A stretch of 63,393 nucleotides of DNA, counting the filler, from Lenisia limosa (Eukaryota; Protista; Breviatea), in assembly GCA_001655205.1 (NCBI GenBank). It is 12 parts of 12 records of this genome, joined end to end, with 100 filler letters (N's around TTAATTAATTAA, not from the genome) between each part and the next. Parts side by side here need not be neighbours in the genome. Positions count along the whole stretch, not along the records: positions 49,329 to 60,878 come from LPNZ01010110.1; positions 60,979 to 63,393 come from LPNZ01008867.1; 10 more parts are not named here. The stretch is one strand, 5' to 3'. The notes beneath the pieces are model-generated. The model was given only the letters and a program-made list of their open reading frames with translations. It had not been told where the DNA came from and did not search any database. Shown here one piece after another: positions 52,301 through 63,323 of the stretch. How positions within the stretch are numbered: the first letter of the stretch is position 1; each line of letters starts with the position of its first letter. The position numbers and the translations under genes are program-made.

Positions 52301-55300
52301 GGGAAAGAGAAATAAAACAAAGGGGGTCTGGCCGCCAGTATAGTTTACTATAATATGTAGTGGCCGCTATGGGTCCTGATACAGATACTGAGCTTCTTTT
52401 GTCAATCGTGTCAGGACTTACCTTGTTTTATTTTTCATCTCTATATAATGTATTAACTGGCACAGAGGCACTCGTTATCATAGTGCATGCGGGAGATATT
52501 TGATATTTAAAGACTTTGTCAGAGCATAATTCCAATGGAATATTTATGATCAACAAATAATCATTTCAGCTAGCAACATCCATCCCCCAACTTTGTGCGG
52601 GTTGTCCAGGGTTCCGATAAAGTCTGAAATTCTGAAGGAGTTAAAAAAAGGACATGGTGAAAAACTGACAACATAATACAAAAAAAGAACAAGAAGAACA
52701 AGAAAAGAAGAGGGAGCAGGAGAAGGAGAAGAACAGTAACAAAAAAGCAAGTTCCAGCTGCCACCCACTGTTTGAGGCTGGCATTAGCAGGGATAGTGAA
52801 CTGGTCGTTGGAAACTGCCAAAGACCCCATGTCAACCGTGGAGACATCAATAAAGATCTGGAAATGGTCAATATCATCTATGGTAATATGCCTATGTAAT
52901 TTTATTTTGCATCTCTTGATGTTAGTTTCAATATTTTCTTGTTTTTTGGAAAAGATGACTGGATAAAATGCATGGCTAACGGTTTGGTCCCCGTAACTGA
53001 TAGGGTAATTATATTAAAGAGCCTCAACAATACCTTAGGAGGGAGGGCGCTCTTCCTGACCTCCGGACCAAGCTGGGTGTTTCCACTTACAATACAGAAG
53101 CCCTGTCGGGGGTCAGAGTGTGATATGATATGATACGATATGCATAGTATAGTATATATTAAAATCATATAATATATAGCAATAAGAAATAAAAAGCAAG
53201 GATGTATCTGGCCAAAGTCCACATCACCACGCTTATAAGAGTTATTGAATAATATAGTATTAATTCATCATAGCATTTGCCTTAAAGCTTTGTAAACACA
53301 GCTTTCTGTGTGTCTCACCAGTTTATATTGTATTAATCTACTATGTCTCATGTTTCATAATACAGGAGTCTGATATTGAATACAATCCATTAAATGTGAT
53401 CAGAAGAATGCCCCCACCCTAATCTATATAGGGACGCGGAAGGAAATCCAAGCACTCACCTTGGTGTTAGAACAGGCACTTTGGGCGTCCTCAAGGGTTG
53501 CCGGGTGGATCCACAAAACATCCCCGTCGCCGCCGTAGATGCGGGATCTGATCGGTTAGTAAATGAACTGAACTGAACTGAATCAATTGAACTGAGAATG
53601 AAGAATGTTGAAGAAAAAAAAGTTGCCAGTGTGGTTACTCATAAATGAACTTAATTGAACTATCTGGCCGAAGTCGTCCACACACCAAGAAAGAGTTGAT
53701 AAAAAAAACAACACAAGGTACTAACTATCTGGCTGAAGCCATGTACACCATCATGTTTGTGAGGGGTAAGCTGGAGCACAAATGGCGAGGGCATCAAAAT
53801 CATCACAAAAAGTGAAAAACATTAGGCATCGTGGGGAGTAAAACTGGACAATTTAAGAAACAAACACAATAAACTCTGTTTTAATAAACAAAACAAATAA
53901 AGCCCAGGCCAGTCGCTTTTGCAGCATCCCAAGCGTACGTGGGGGTGAGGTCCTTCAGGAAGCTGGGAAATTCAACCTGGAAAGCATGAGAATTAGAACC
54001 TGTATGAAAGAACTTGATTCGCCTCATCCCCTACCTCCTTAGCCACGCTTAAACAAGGATTTGAATCAGCCACTTCAACTTCAGCAGTACACCGACATCC
54101 GCTTTCTTTCTTACACTGCCAAGATGATTGCACATTATAGTACGTGGTGATTTGGACGGCTTTGATCAATATTGAAACTCACTTCCAAATATTACCCTTT
54201 TAAATAATTAAAAAGTGTGTAGTATAAAATGTCTATGATAATTAAAAAAAAAACAACACTGACAATGACTATATAGAATTAAGAAACACAACGGAATCTG
54301 ATCGAAGCCACATTGTGCTTCACTTTGGTTCGAAAAAAGACTGAATTTCTCGATAAATCCTCCATAACTATCGATATTTTACCAGTCTTTTTCGCACCGA
54401 AGTGAAGCCCTACACATTTCAACAATTTCTAGTCTTCAAAACCGAAAATGTAGAAGCCCAAGAAACTTGAAAAAAAAAAAAAAAAAAANNNNNNNNNNNN
54501 NNNNNNNNNNNNNNNNNNNNNNNNNNNNNNNNNNNNNNNNNNNNNNNNNNNNNNNNNNNCTATCGATGTGTTCCTTGTCTCTTCGGGACCGAAGTGAAAC
54601 CGTAGTAACACACCAGCAAAATCAACAAAACAGCCTTATCACTTTAGCTTCACTTTGGCACGAACAGACCGGTATTTTATCGACAGTTTTCGGGGATTTA
54701 TCGTGGCGAAGTGAAGCAGTACTTTTCTCACCTGGGTTTTAGGGTGGTGTGCAACTGACTTGGCAGCATCCAAAATGGGCCGGTAGCCAGTACAGCGACA
54801 AATGTTACCTGGGAGGGGGGGTAAAATGAGAAAATTATTGAAACAAAGAAAGGCCCAAAATCAACTCTGTTGGCTGACTACACACGAGGTCTCCCCCACA
54901 CAACACAATAACAACAATAAAGCCCCACCATGTAGCGCATCTTCCATCTCCTTCGGGTCCTCAACACCCGACGCCACGGCGGCGTAAGTAGACATCACCA
55001 TACCCGGCGTGCAGTAGCCGCACTGCGTACCGTAGGAATCGGCTATACGCTCCTGGGAGGGTATAAAGAAAGAAAAAAACAATCAGGAAAAAGTCAAACA
55101 TAACTTTGATTGTGGTTATATGGCCCAATAACACCCCTCCATTCTACCCCCTCTCCAACCTGAATGGGATGTAAGCCCGTGCGGGTTGAGCCAAGGCCCT
55201 CAACAGTGATAATCGACTTTCCGTGAATTGATGTGAGAGGCGTGAGGCACGAGTTGATTGCGTGGGTTCTGAGGATATAAACGGAAATTTGTAACACAAA

Positions 55301-56414
55301 ACAAAACCCAGGACTGTACATTATTAGGATAAAATGTATAATATGATACCAAAATACTATATGATATGATATGTNNNNNNNNNNNNNNNNNNNNNNNNNN
55401 NNNNNNNNNNNNNNNNNNNNNNNNNNNNNNNNNNNNNNNNNNNNNNNNNNNNNNNNNNNNNNNNNNNNNNNNNNNNCCCTGGCCACACGAGCGCTTGGTA
55501 CCGTATAGGCGGACCTCATCGTGAATGAAGTTGTACAGGGACAGCGTAGTGGGTGGGGCCTTCAAGGTGTGCTGCGGGGGTGAAAATGGACAATAGAAAC
55601 AAAACAAAAAACCCAAAATCCTGTTGGCTTAACACACGGGTTGAAAACAAATTTTAGACAAGCCCATTTTTTTTGCAACAAAACTGACCCGTAGTATTAG
55701 GGCTTCCCTACAGTCCTAAAAAGACCAGTAAAATATCAATATTTATCAAGGATTTATCGAGAAATTTTGTCTTTTTGGGACTGTAGGAAAGCCCTAATTA
55801 TCAATGACTATTAAATGCGTTTCCTACAAGAAAGTTTTGCGGAGTTGTAAGGCAAAAGATAAGTTGAAAGAGGGTCATCAAATATCCTTTATTAATGGGA
55901 TGAGGTGGACTGCTTCAGCCTGTATCACTTTCATTTCCCATGCTTGCAAATGGTGACCCATATCCACTAGTGATATGATCCTATGACCGACTTTCAAGTC
56001 AAAATGATGAACGAAGATAACACAACGGTTCATCCCGAGTGTATCAGAGTATCATTGAGACTTGTCGGTCAATTATCATACGAGTGGATATGAGGTATCA
56101 TATTACTGCGTGGATAATGATTGTCCATAAGTGTGAAGAAGACCAAAAAAGTGATATGATGTGTCAGATGACACTAGTTACGGACAATCTATTGGAAGAC
56201 ATTCTACATGTTGTTGGGACCCTAAGCACTCTGAATCTACTTATCCTTATCAGATTCCTAATACTGCTTAACACACCAACACACCTTCTTCCCATTGAGA
56301 CTGAAGATCAGAGACGTGTCCCAATCTTGAAAACTGACAGCCTAAGGAGGGGGTGACAGGGCACTGATCAAGGCGGAGTATTGGGACTTATCATTAATCC
56401 CAGCTTACCTTCAT
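49329..56414 (-). CDS. Xanthine dehydrogenase/aldehyde oxidase family: 2x[2Fe-2S] and FAD domains; molybdopterin domain absent (gap)
   Basis: MK|...[10 protein letters not shown]|HTLK...[32 protein letters not shown]...HPIQ|[22 protein letters not shown]|[47 protein letters not shown]. Confidence 0.9.
53830..53938 (-). mobile_element. Introner-like repeat family A copy (XDH intron, starts at donor)
   Basis: Minus strand gtacgcttgggatgctgcaaaagcgactggcctgggcttt...aacagagttt...ttgtccagttttactcccc. Confidence 0.65.
54317..54411. mobile_element. MITE family B copy (two further partial copies to ~54720)
   Basis: gcttcactttggttcg...gcaccgaagtgaagccct. Confidence 0.85.
54809..54928 (-). mobile_element. 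Introner-like repeat family A, copy forming an entire 120-bp intron
   Basis: GTGGGGCTTTATTG...CCTCGTGTGTAGTCAGCCAACAGAGTTGATTTTGGGCC...TTTACCCCCCTCCCAG splits the codon G in [14 protein letters not shown]. Confidence 0.8.
55572..55650 (-). mobile_element. Family A 3' part supplying the acceptor (XDH)
   Basis: Minus strand caacccgtgtgttaagccaacaggattttgggtttttg...tgtccattttcacccccgcag|CACACC. Confidence 0.65.
55699..55795. mobile_element. MITE family B, CCTAC subfamily copy
   Basis: agggcttccctacagtcc...ggactgtaggaaagccct. Confidence 0.85.
55970..56106. mobile_element. MITE-like family D (TIR ~GTGATATGATAC); other copies ~48958-49050 (reverse) and ~49540-49662
   Basis: Shared core ggttcatcccgagtgtatcagagtatcattgagacttgtcggtcaattatcatacgagtggatatgaggtatcata in three places; ends gtgatatgat.../...gtatcatat(c/t)ac are inverted. 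Confidence 0.65.
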
Positions 56415-57236
56415 AATGACGGGAGGAAGAGGCTCAGAAGACCAGGGAAAAGAAGATGAACTTTAAGCCACTATGATATGATAGTTCTACCCCGATCAAT
56501 TATCAAGCTACACTAATTTAACGTCAAAAGCAGACCGCGCAAAAAGGATTTTCCAGCAAACATTGCAGCAAAAACGACCAGGCTAAATACCGAAATAAAT
56601 CGATATAAAATTACAATTTTCACCTTTCAAGCCTTTTTGACTGCTTGCATCTATCAAATAGCTCATTGATCTGAATTATTCCAGTTGGTTCGAAAAGCAA
56701 GGGAAGCAGAAACCCATTTTTGTCAGGTTACTTGCTCCACTCCAGAGCTCCAGGTTAGTTGGTTTGAACGACTAAAACAATAATATTGATTAATTGCAGT
56801 GAAATCTGAAAAGTGACTGGAGTATGATTGAGACCATTCATTACCTTTTCTGGTCGTATTTTTGTGGTTATTCTGGATTTAAGCAACCCATTTGTGTTAT
56901 TTGCAGCGTGTTTTCTATGATTTTTCAACCCCCCCTAGAAATACGTTTGTTTTATAACGCATGATTCCATCATGTTTATCCATTTCAACTCCATGATTCC
57001 CATTTTATCAGTCGCTCACTTCAAATTATCAATTATTTTTAATAGACAAATAAAAACCAATCGCTCCCTTAATATGGCACTAAGGAGCTGGGCAGCCCCG
57101 AGGGTTGGTAATTATGCTTATGGGTGCTCCGATATATATCTCACTGTTTACTGTATTATTATGGTGCTCCGACTTATATCAAGCTTATGTATGCATCCTT
57201 TCGTATCCCTAGATTGTATTTCATGAATTATCCAGG

Positions 57237-60200
57237 ATGGGAGAGCAGGCACCAGACCAGTCAGGGGCCACCTCGAAGTCCCAAATCAAGAAGGAGTTGG
57301 CCAAACAAAGGAAGGCCGCACTGGTATGATGTCCAATAAGACTGAATTTCTGGATAAATATCGATAAATATCGATATTTTACCTGTCGCAGAAAAAAGAG
57401 AAAGCCGAGGCCTTGAAGAGGCGTGAAGAGGAGGAAAGACTGAAACGACTTGAAGATCAAGAGAAGGTTGGGAATATATTGTTTTATTTCTATATTGGCA
57501 TACCCCAGCATTATTTTTATCGAAGTGCTCCTTTTGCCCCGGAAAAGACAGGTAAATATCGAGGGTTTTCGAGTTATCAATCTCTTTTGGACCAAAGTAT
57601 TGCATTAGTTACACTTCAGGTCAAGTCAGCCATGACCATCGAGTCCATGCCGGAGGGTGATGATGTCAAAAAGTTCGAAGTGGAGCATGTGACCAAGGTT
57701 TATGAGGTGAGAGTGGTTGTTTTATGTTATACTATTATATGATATACTAGACATTTAGTGTGTATGATTTATAGATCACTATATGATGTTAATATTTTGA
57801 TATATGTTGATAGAGTATTTAAAATATGAGATGTATGATATTCTCGTTTTTATTTTATTTATTTAATACATATTTTTATTTTTCGGGAACCAGCTTGCCG
57901 CATAATTTGCCAAGCTGTGTACACAGAGTTGTAAAACAAATGATTGGGGGTGGGGGGGGGAATTATCCCTTATAAGCGTNNNNNNNNNNNNNNNNNNNNN
58001 NNNNNNNNNNNNNNNNNNNNNNNNNNNNNNNNNNNNNNNNNNNNNNNNNNNNNNNNNNNNNNNNNNNNNNNNNNNNNNNNNNNNNNNNNNNNNNNNNNNN
58101 NNNNNNNNNNNNNNNNNNNNNNNNNNNNNNNNNNNNNNTAACCGTGTTATTTCTCATTTGAACATATTACTGATGTATGACTGACCATTCAGGCAATTGC
58201 ACCGCATTTCAGCTCTACCAGGTATAAGGTTGGAGGGTTCAAGCTCTACCAGATATATGGCCTGCGCTTTGTTTATTTTGTTGTTCTCAACCCTCGTGTG
58301 TTACCAGCCAAAAGAGTTAATTTTGGGCTTTTTTGTTTCATAAATTTTCCAANNNNNNNNNNNNNNNNNNNNNNNNNNNNNNNNNNNNNNNNNNNNNNNN
58401 NNNNNNNNNNNNNNNNNNNNNNNNNNNNNNNNNNNNNNNNNNNNNNNNNNNNNNNNNNNNNNNNNNNNNNNNNNNNNNNNNNNNNNNNNNNNNNNNNNNN
58501 NNNNNNNNNNNNNNNNNNNNNNNNNNNNNNNNNNNNNNNNNNNNGGAAGTACCTCAATAGACGAAAAGACCTAGTAACCATTGGTAGTGACAGGTGGGTT
58601 ATTTCTCCTATTTCCCTCTTTCACCCTAAAACTCAGGTGAGAAAAGTACTTTGTTTTTGTGGGTGTGTGTAATCTGTTTTTTTTTCCTAGCCTATCGCAT
58701 GCTTTTTTTATATTTCGAAATATCCTTCGTTTATCCCCCCCCCCCCNNNNNNNNNNNNNNNNNNNNNNNNNNNNNNNNNNNNNNNNNNNNNNNNNNNNNN
58801 NNNNNNNNNNNNNNNNNNNNNNNNNNNNNNNNNNNNNNNNNNNNNNNNNNNNNNNNNNNNNNNNNNNNNNNNNNNNNNNNNNNNNNNNNNNNNCGGGGTT
58901 GTGAAGTTATGGAAGCGGACGGGATGAAACTGCCCCATAAGGAAGGTAGATTTGTAGGAGGGCTTTCCTTTTAAGGAAAGTAGTAGTTGATATTATTTCC
59001 TCATTTTTGATACTTGCCTTTTATTTTTCAGGATGGAGCAATCAGCATTGCAGTTATCCATCATTTTGCCAGTGAAGAGAGGCGGGTTGAAGCAGTACAG
59101 GTTAGTTCTCTGGGGGGGAGGGGGGCAACTTTTAACTGCTTTTATCTTTCGTACATTCCCCACCTTCCCTTGTCCTCCTTTTTATTAGAACATCGCGCAC
59201 TGCTGTCTTTGTTTACTCTTTGTCTCAAACAGTTTTTGAGTGTTTTTTTTTTTTCCTCTTGTTTTCTTTTCCCTTTCCAGTTTTTATTATCTTCTATTCT
59301 TCTGCCTGGCGGCACGAAAACTCATGCATTTTGTAGCGTTAATTGGTCACTTGTGATGATTGAGACATAATTGGCATCGTCACTCTGTATCAAGTGTTCT
59401 AACTTAAAACATAATTATCGTAGCATTACCAGCGATAACATGTTGCCCTGGCATCAAAACATTGCATTCCACACCTGTGGTTTTTTTTGAGTAAGATTCC
59501 CAAAGGCGTCAACTGAGAACAGATTTAGCTTGGCAATAAAAACAAAAATATAATGAAACTTACCGTTTATGGATCCCTGTTCCGGACTGGTCGAAAAATT
59601 ACATATATATTCCATCCTGTCCCACAATGGTACTGCAGACCCATCCATAGCACCATATTGGATCAGTCCATCATCTTCTCAATGTCGTGATAACTCATAG
59701 TCGGAGTGTTGGACAAACTTTCCTGAGGTCTTGCCACTACAACAGGAGTGTTGGTCTGGTTTTCCTGTCTCATGCATTTCTCACGAGACCCAAGTGGAGC
59801 TCCCATAATCAGTTTTTTGTAGACACTTCAACTCCTCTTTTTCATGCTAAACTTACCTGAGCACAAGAAGTACAGTATATTCTGATGATATCTAAAACAC
59901 CTGATACATTGTCTTTAGTATTTGTGTTAGTGAGGTGTATTCTTTGTACACATAGTATTTCTCTTAAAAATGTCTTTAGGGATTTGACGTTGTGCCGGAC
60001 AAATTGGGGGGGTCTGAGGGAACGCATGGTGTTGGTAACGACCTCTTTTTCCAGCCTTGCCCTGACCCTACCGGCTATCATGTGATCATGTGTGCCTTTA
60101 CCTTACGGACGTATGTATACGGTATTATGAGGATGGCGGGTTAGAAGTCAAGAGATAGAAGATGAAATGGAAGATGGGGATGGCGGATGAGGATGGCGGA

Positions 60201-60878
60201 TTAGAAGCACTGAGAACGGATGATAAGCTGGGAGGAGATATCAAAGCTGCACTGCGACAAGAAGAGTGTGTCTTTGAGGCAGGTGACGCTATGTCCAAGG
60301 TTGAGTCTATTTTGACCAATTATGGGGCCTCCTTTCACGTTGTCCGGTTGAGGAAAATTTTCATTTTATCCGAAAGAAGCACTTTATGGTGAAGTTTTCT
60401 GGGAGCAAACAAAATAACAGAATTCGTCATTGTTTCATTGACAAATAATATTCTTCAAGTCTGGACTGTGGTCTTCTCTGGATCGCGTCTACCACGACAG
60501 ACAGAGTGTCTGTTGGAGGCAAGTTGAAGAAGTATTTCGCTAATATAAGCATCATTGGATTTAATCTCTTCCTCAAAAGAAACGGCATTATAGACGGGGT
60601 ACCAAAAACATGGCGACAATATTGCTTGAAAGTTGTTGCTCCTGAGGGTAGCGTGACTTTGTCATATCGGACAGACATGATCTTTTTATTCTTTTTTCTT
60701 GGTTGTTACCCCCTCCCCCATTGAAATACTATGCTATGCTATGCCATAGTATATGATACTATAACATTGACTCTTTTGTTGTTTTGTCCTTTTTTCCGCC
60801 CACAATAATCTCACACGTCACAGGAGATTCTGCGTGTGCTGAAAACAGGGTGCACGGCCCTGATATTTGTCTGGGCGC
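57237..60878 (+). CDS. TRM9: TRM9/ALKBH8-methyltransferase-like tRNA wobble uridine methyltransferase (3' truncated by gap)
   Basis: FEVEHVTKVYE|AIAPHFSSTR, KYLNRRKDLVTIGSDR, DGAISIAVIHHFASEERRVEAVQ|EILRVLKTGCTALIFVWA. Confidence 0.88.
58222..58332 (+). mobile_element. Introner-like repeat family A copy (TRM9 intron)
   Basis: Begins just after the donor: ggcctgcgctttg...aaccctcgtgtgttaccagccaaaagagttaattttgggc...tcataaattttccaa, then a gap. Confidence 0.75.
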
Positions 60879-61130
60879 NNNNNNNNNNNNNNNNNNNNNN
60901 NNNNNNNNNNNNNNNNNNNNNNTTAATTAATTAANNNNNNNNNNNNNNNNNNNNNNNNNNNNNNNNNNNNNNNNNNNNCAACCTTGTTTTGATTTATATA
61001 TGATAATGGAAGGCTTCGGCCAGATACAACCTTGTTTTTTATTTATCATGCTGTAGTGATAATGGAAGGCTTCGGCCAGATACCGTCTTAATTCTTATTT
61101 CCCTTATCTACCAATGATATACTATCCCCT

Positions 61131-61221
61131 GGTTCACTTTGGTTCAAAAAAAGACTGAAATTTTCGATAAATCCTCGAAAACTATCGATAATTTACCAGT
61201 CTTTTTCGAACCGAAGTGAAG
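61131..61221. mobile_element. MITE family B copy
   Basis: ggttcactttggttc...cgaaccgaagtgaag. Confidence 0.8.
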
Positions 61222-61398
61222 AATAGTTGATTGATGACCCAAATCCAAATCCAAGATAAGTAAACAGCCCAGAAACACAACCCAGTGAAATATGCACTCT
61301 CATCTTATCCTGATAACATTTATGGTTTTTAAAGCAATTCCCTGCCACCTCCCTTTTTAGATGAGCCCAAGTTCCCTCCCTCTAATATTTGTAGTATT

Positions 61399-63323
61399 TC
61401 CAAGATCCACTCTGAGATCGCCTTCAAAGTCTTCACTGACAGAGTAAGCTTTCAAGAAACAAGAATGATTATATTATATCATTTCTACATAAGTTGAACA
61501 TATGTTAACCACTTTATTGATTATTTTATAATTTTATTCGATTATAGTGGTTCTAAAATATCTTGCCTAAATAAGAGAAAAGTTATGTTAAAACCTTATC
61601 TTGAGTCGATTTAGTTATATAACATCTTCACACATTATTTTATTATTTTTATTTATTTATTTCCCATTGCTTATACAAATGATGTATTAAAACCTGATCA
61701 CATCTTGACTATTCTCAGATTGAAGTGGATGCCCTCAACACCACACGAACAGCCAGTATCAGCTTCCAATTAGGACAGGCCTTTTTCAAGAAGTTCAAGT
61801 GCTATGACCCAATCTCATTTTCTGTGTCCTCGAAGGTCGGGCTGTTTCATATAGTATAATTAACTAGTACATATGCATATGATATGTATTATAATGATAT
61901 GATAATATTAATTCACCCAATTTTAAACAATTCTTCATACTCCAGGCCCTCTACCACGCCGTTCGAGGTTTAACGAACATCGAAGAAGGAGGCTGTCATC
62001 TTCGAATGCGAAAAGCTAGTCCAAACTCTGGCGTAAAGGACAGATTTAGCCTGAATCTGGTTTTGAAAGATAGTGGGGGGGGGGGGGGNNNNNNNNNNNN
62101 NNNNNNNNNNNNNNNNNNNNNNNNNNNNNNNNNNNNNNNNNNNNNNNNNNNNNNNNNNNNNNNNNNNNNNNNNNNNNNNNNNNNNNNNNNNNNNNNNNNN
62201 NAAAATAAGTATAATCATGATTTAGACCAGAAAAGAAGTGTAGACTTGGTCTATAAAGACTATGATGTACCCCCAATGGAGACCCCAGAAGAATATGACT
62301 CTGCTATGTGCATTCATCCTTCGGTAAGATTTGGATTATATGGAGATGAGAAATAATAAAAGGTTGTCTCTGGCCGAGCCTTTTTCAGACTATAGGGAAG
62401 CCCTTTGTTTTTATATTACTGGTTTAAATAAAGTCTTAATTTTTATGTTCCTAGTTTCAATAGTGACTTTACTGTAAAAAACACTAACCGTACAGTTTGG
62501 CTTCCGAAACGTGCTCAACTCAAAAGCCAGCCAGGTACGAATATGCCCCTTTGACACCTTCTTTGCAATTGGAACTTATATTCCGCCCACTCACTCCAGT
62601 GAAGGTCTGTTGAATATAATGACTCTGGTTATGAGCTGTTTTGTTATTTTTATATTCATTGATAAATTGGGAAATTGACAAATTGATAGGAGGAATAATA
62701 CAAGCTGATAAGGTGGTGATTAAGTTATACATTTGATAAGTAGAACATTTTTTAACCAATGGTCATTTGACGAATTGACTCACTATTCAGGTCATTCCGA
62801 CTCGTTCAATAGGGGACACACTGTAATTGCCCAGGAAAGCTTTGTACAGTGAGAGGGGGGTACATTATTTATAATATTTGAGGGGAGGGTGAGGCACGCA
62901 GAAAGCTGTGTGCACAGAGCTGTAAGTTAGGCAAATGATTGGGTGAATTAATATTATACTATCATCCAATATCTCTTAAGCGTGATGGTGTGGACGACTT
63001 CGGCCAGATACAACCTTATTTTTTATTTCTCATTGCTATATCCCCATAGATATGACGTCTGTGACGGACAGGAGTCTTTCATCGTGTCTTCCAAGGAACT
63101 TAAGGTTTGATCTGCGATATATCTGCAAAACTGGTTATACTTGTGTTATTTCGGGGTTTTGTTTTACTCTTTTTTTGAAATCAAAAACAGTATTTTACTG
63201 GGCTACGGAGCTAGGTGGCAATTCCTTATCCCCCTTACTTAATAGGCGATTTCAGGCTTTGCTGAAAACGTTTCAGAGTCCCTCATGATGTACGTGTCAA
63301 AAGCAAGAGAGTTGGGGGGCCTC
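61399..63323 (+). CDS. RAD9: 9-1-1 checkpoint clamp subunit Rad9 (partial; continues past window)
   Basis: ISKIHSEIAFKVFTDR|IEVDALNTTRTASISFQLGQAFFKKF...SSK|ALYHAVRGL, YDVCDGQESFIVSSKELK|AISGFAENVSESLMMYV parallel the Rad9 PCNA-like fold pattern (LSRIGDEL...VNSSRSAY.CF.F...FF; ITFCLKEFR.LL.FAE). Confidence 0.78.
62985..63035. repeat. Short dispersed intronic repeat family C (gatggtgtggacgacttcggccagatacaaccttRtttttatt)
   Basis: Related copies at ~61000-61085 (two), 53185-53235, 53660, 53725, 49870-49915 and 62355-62390, in both orientations. Confidence 0.7.

Noticed and set aside
19276-58974. Many ORF-track entries containing long X runs
   Set aside because: Open only because N gaps remove stop codons.
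2134-60914. Eleven identical TTAATTAATTAA motifs
   Set aside because: Always centred in N runs and giving stops in all six frames: a scaffolding spacer, not biology.
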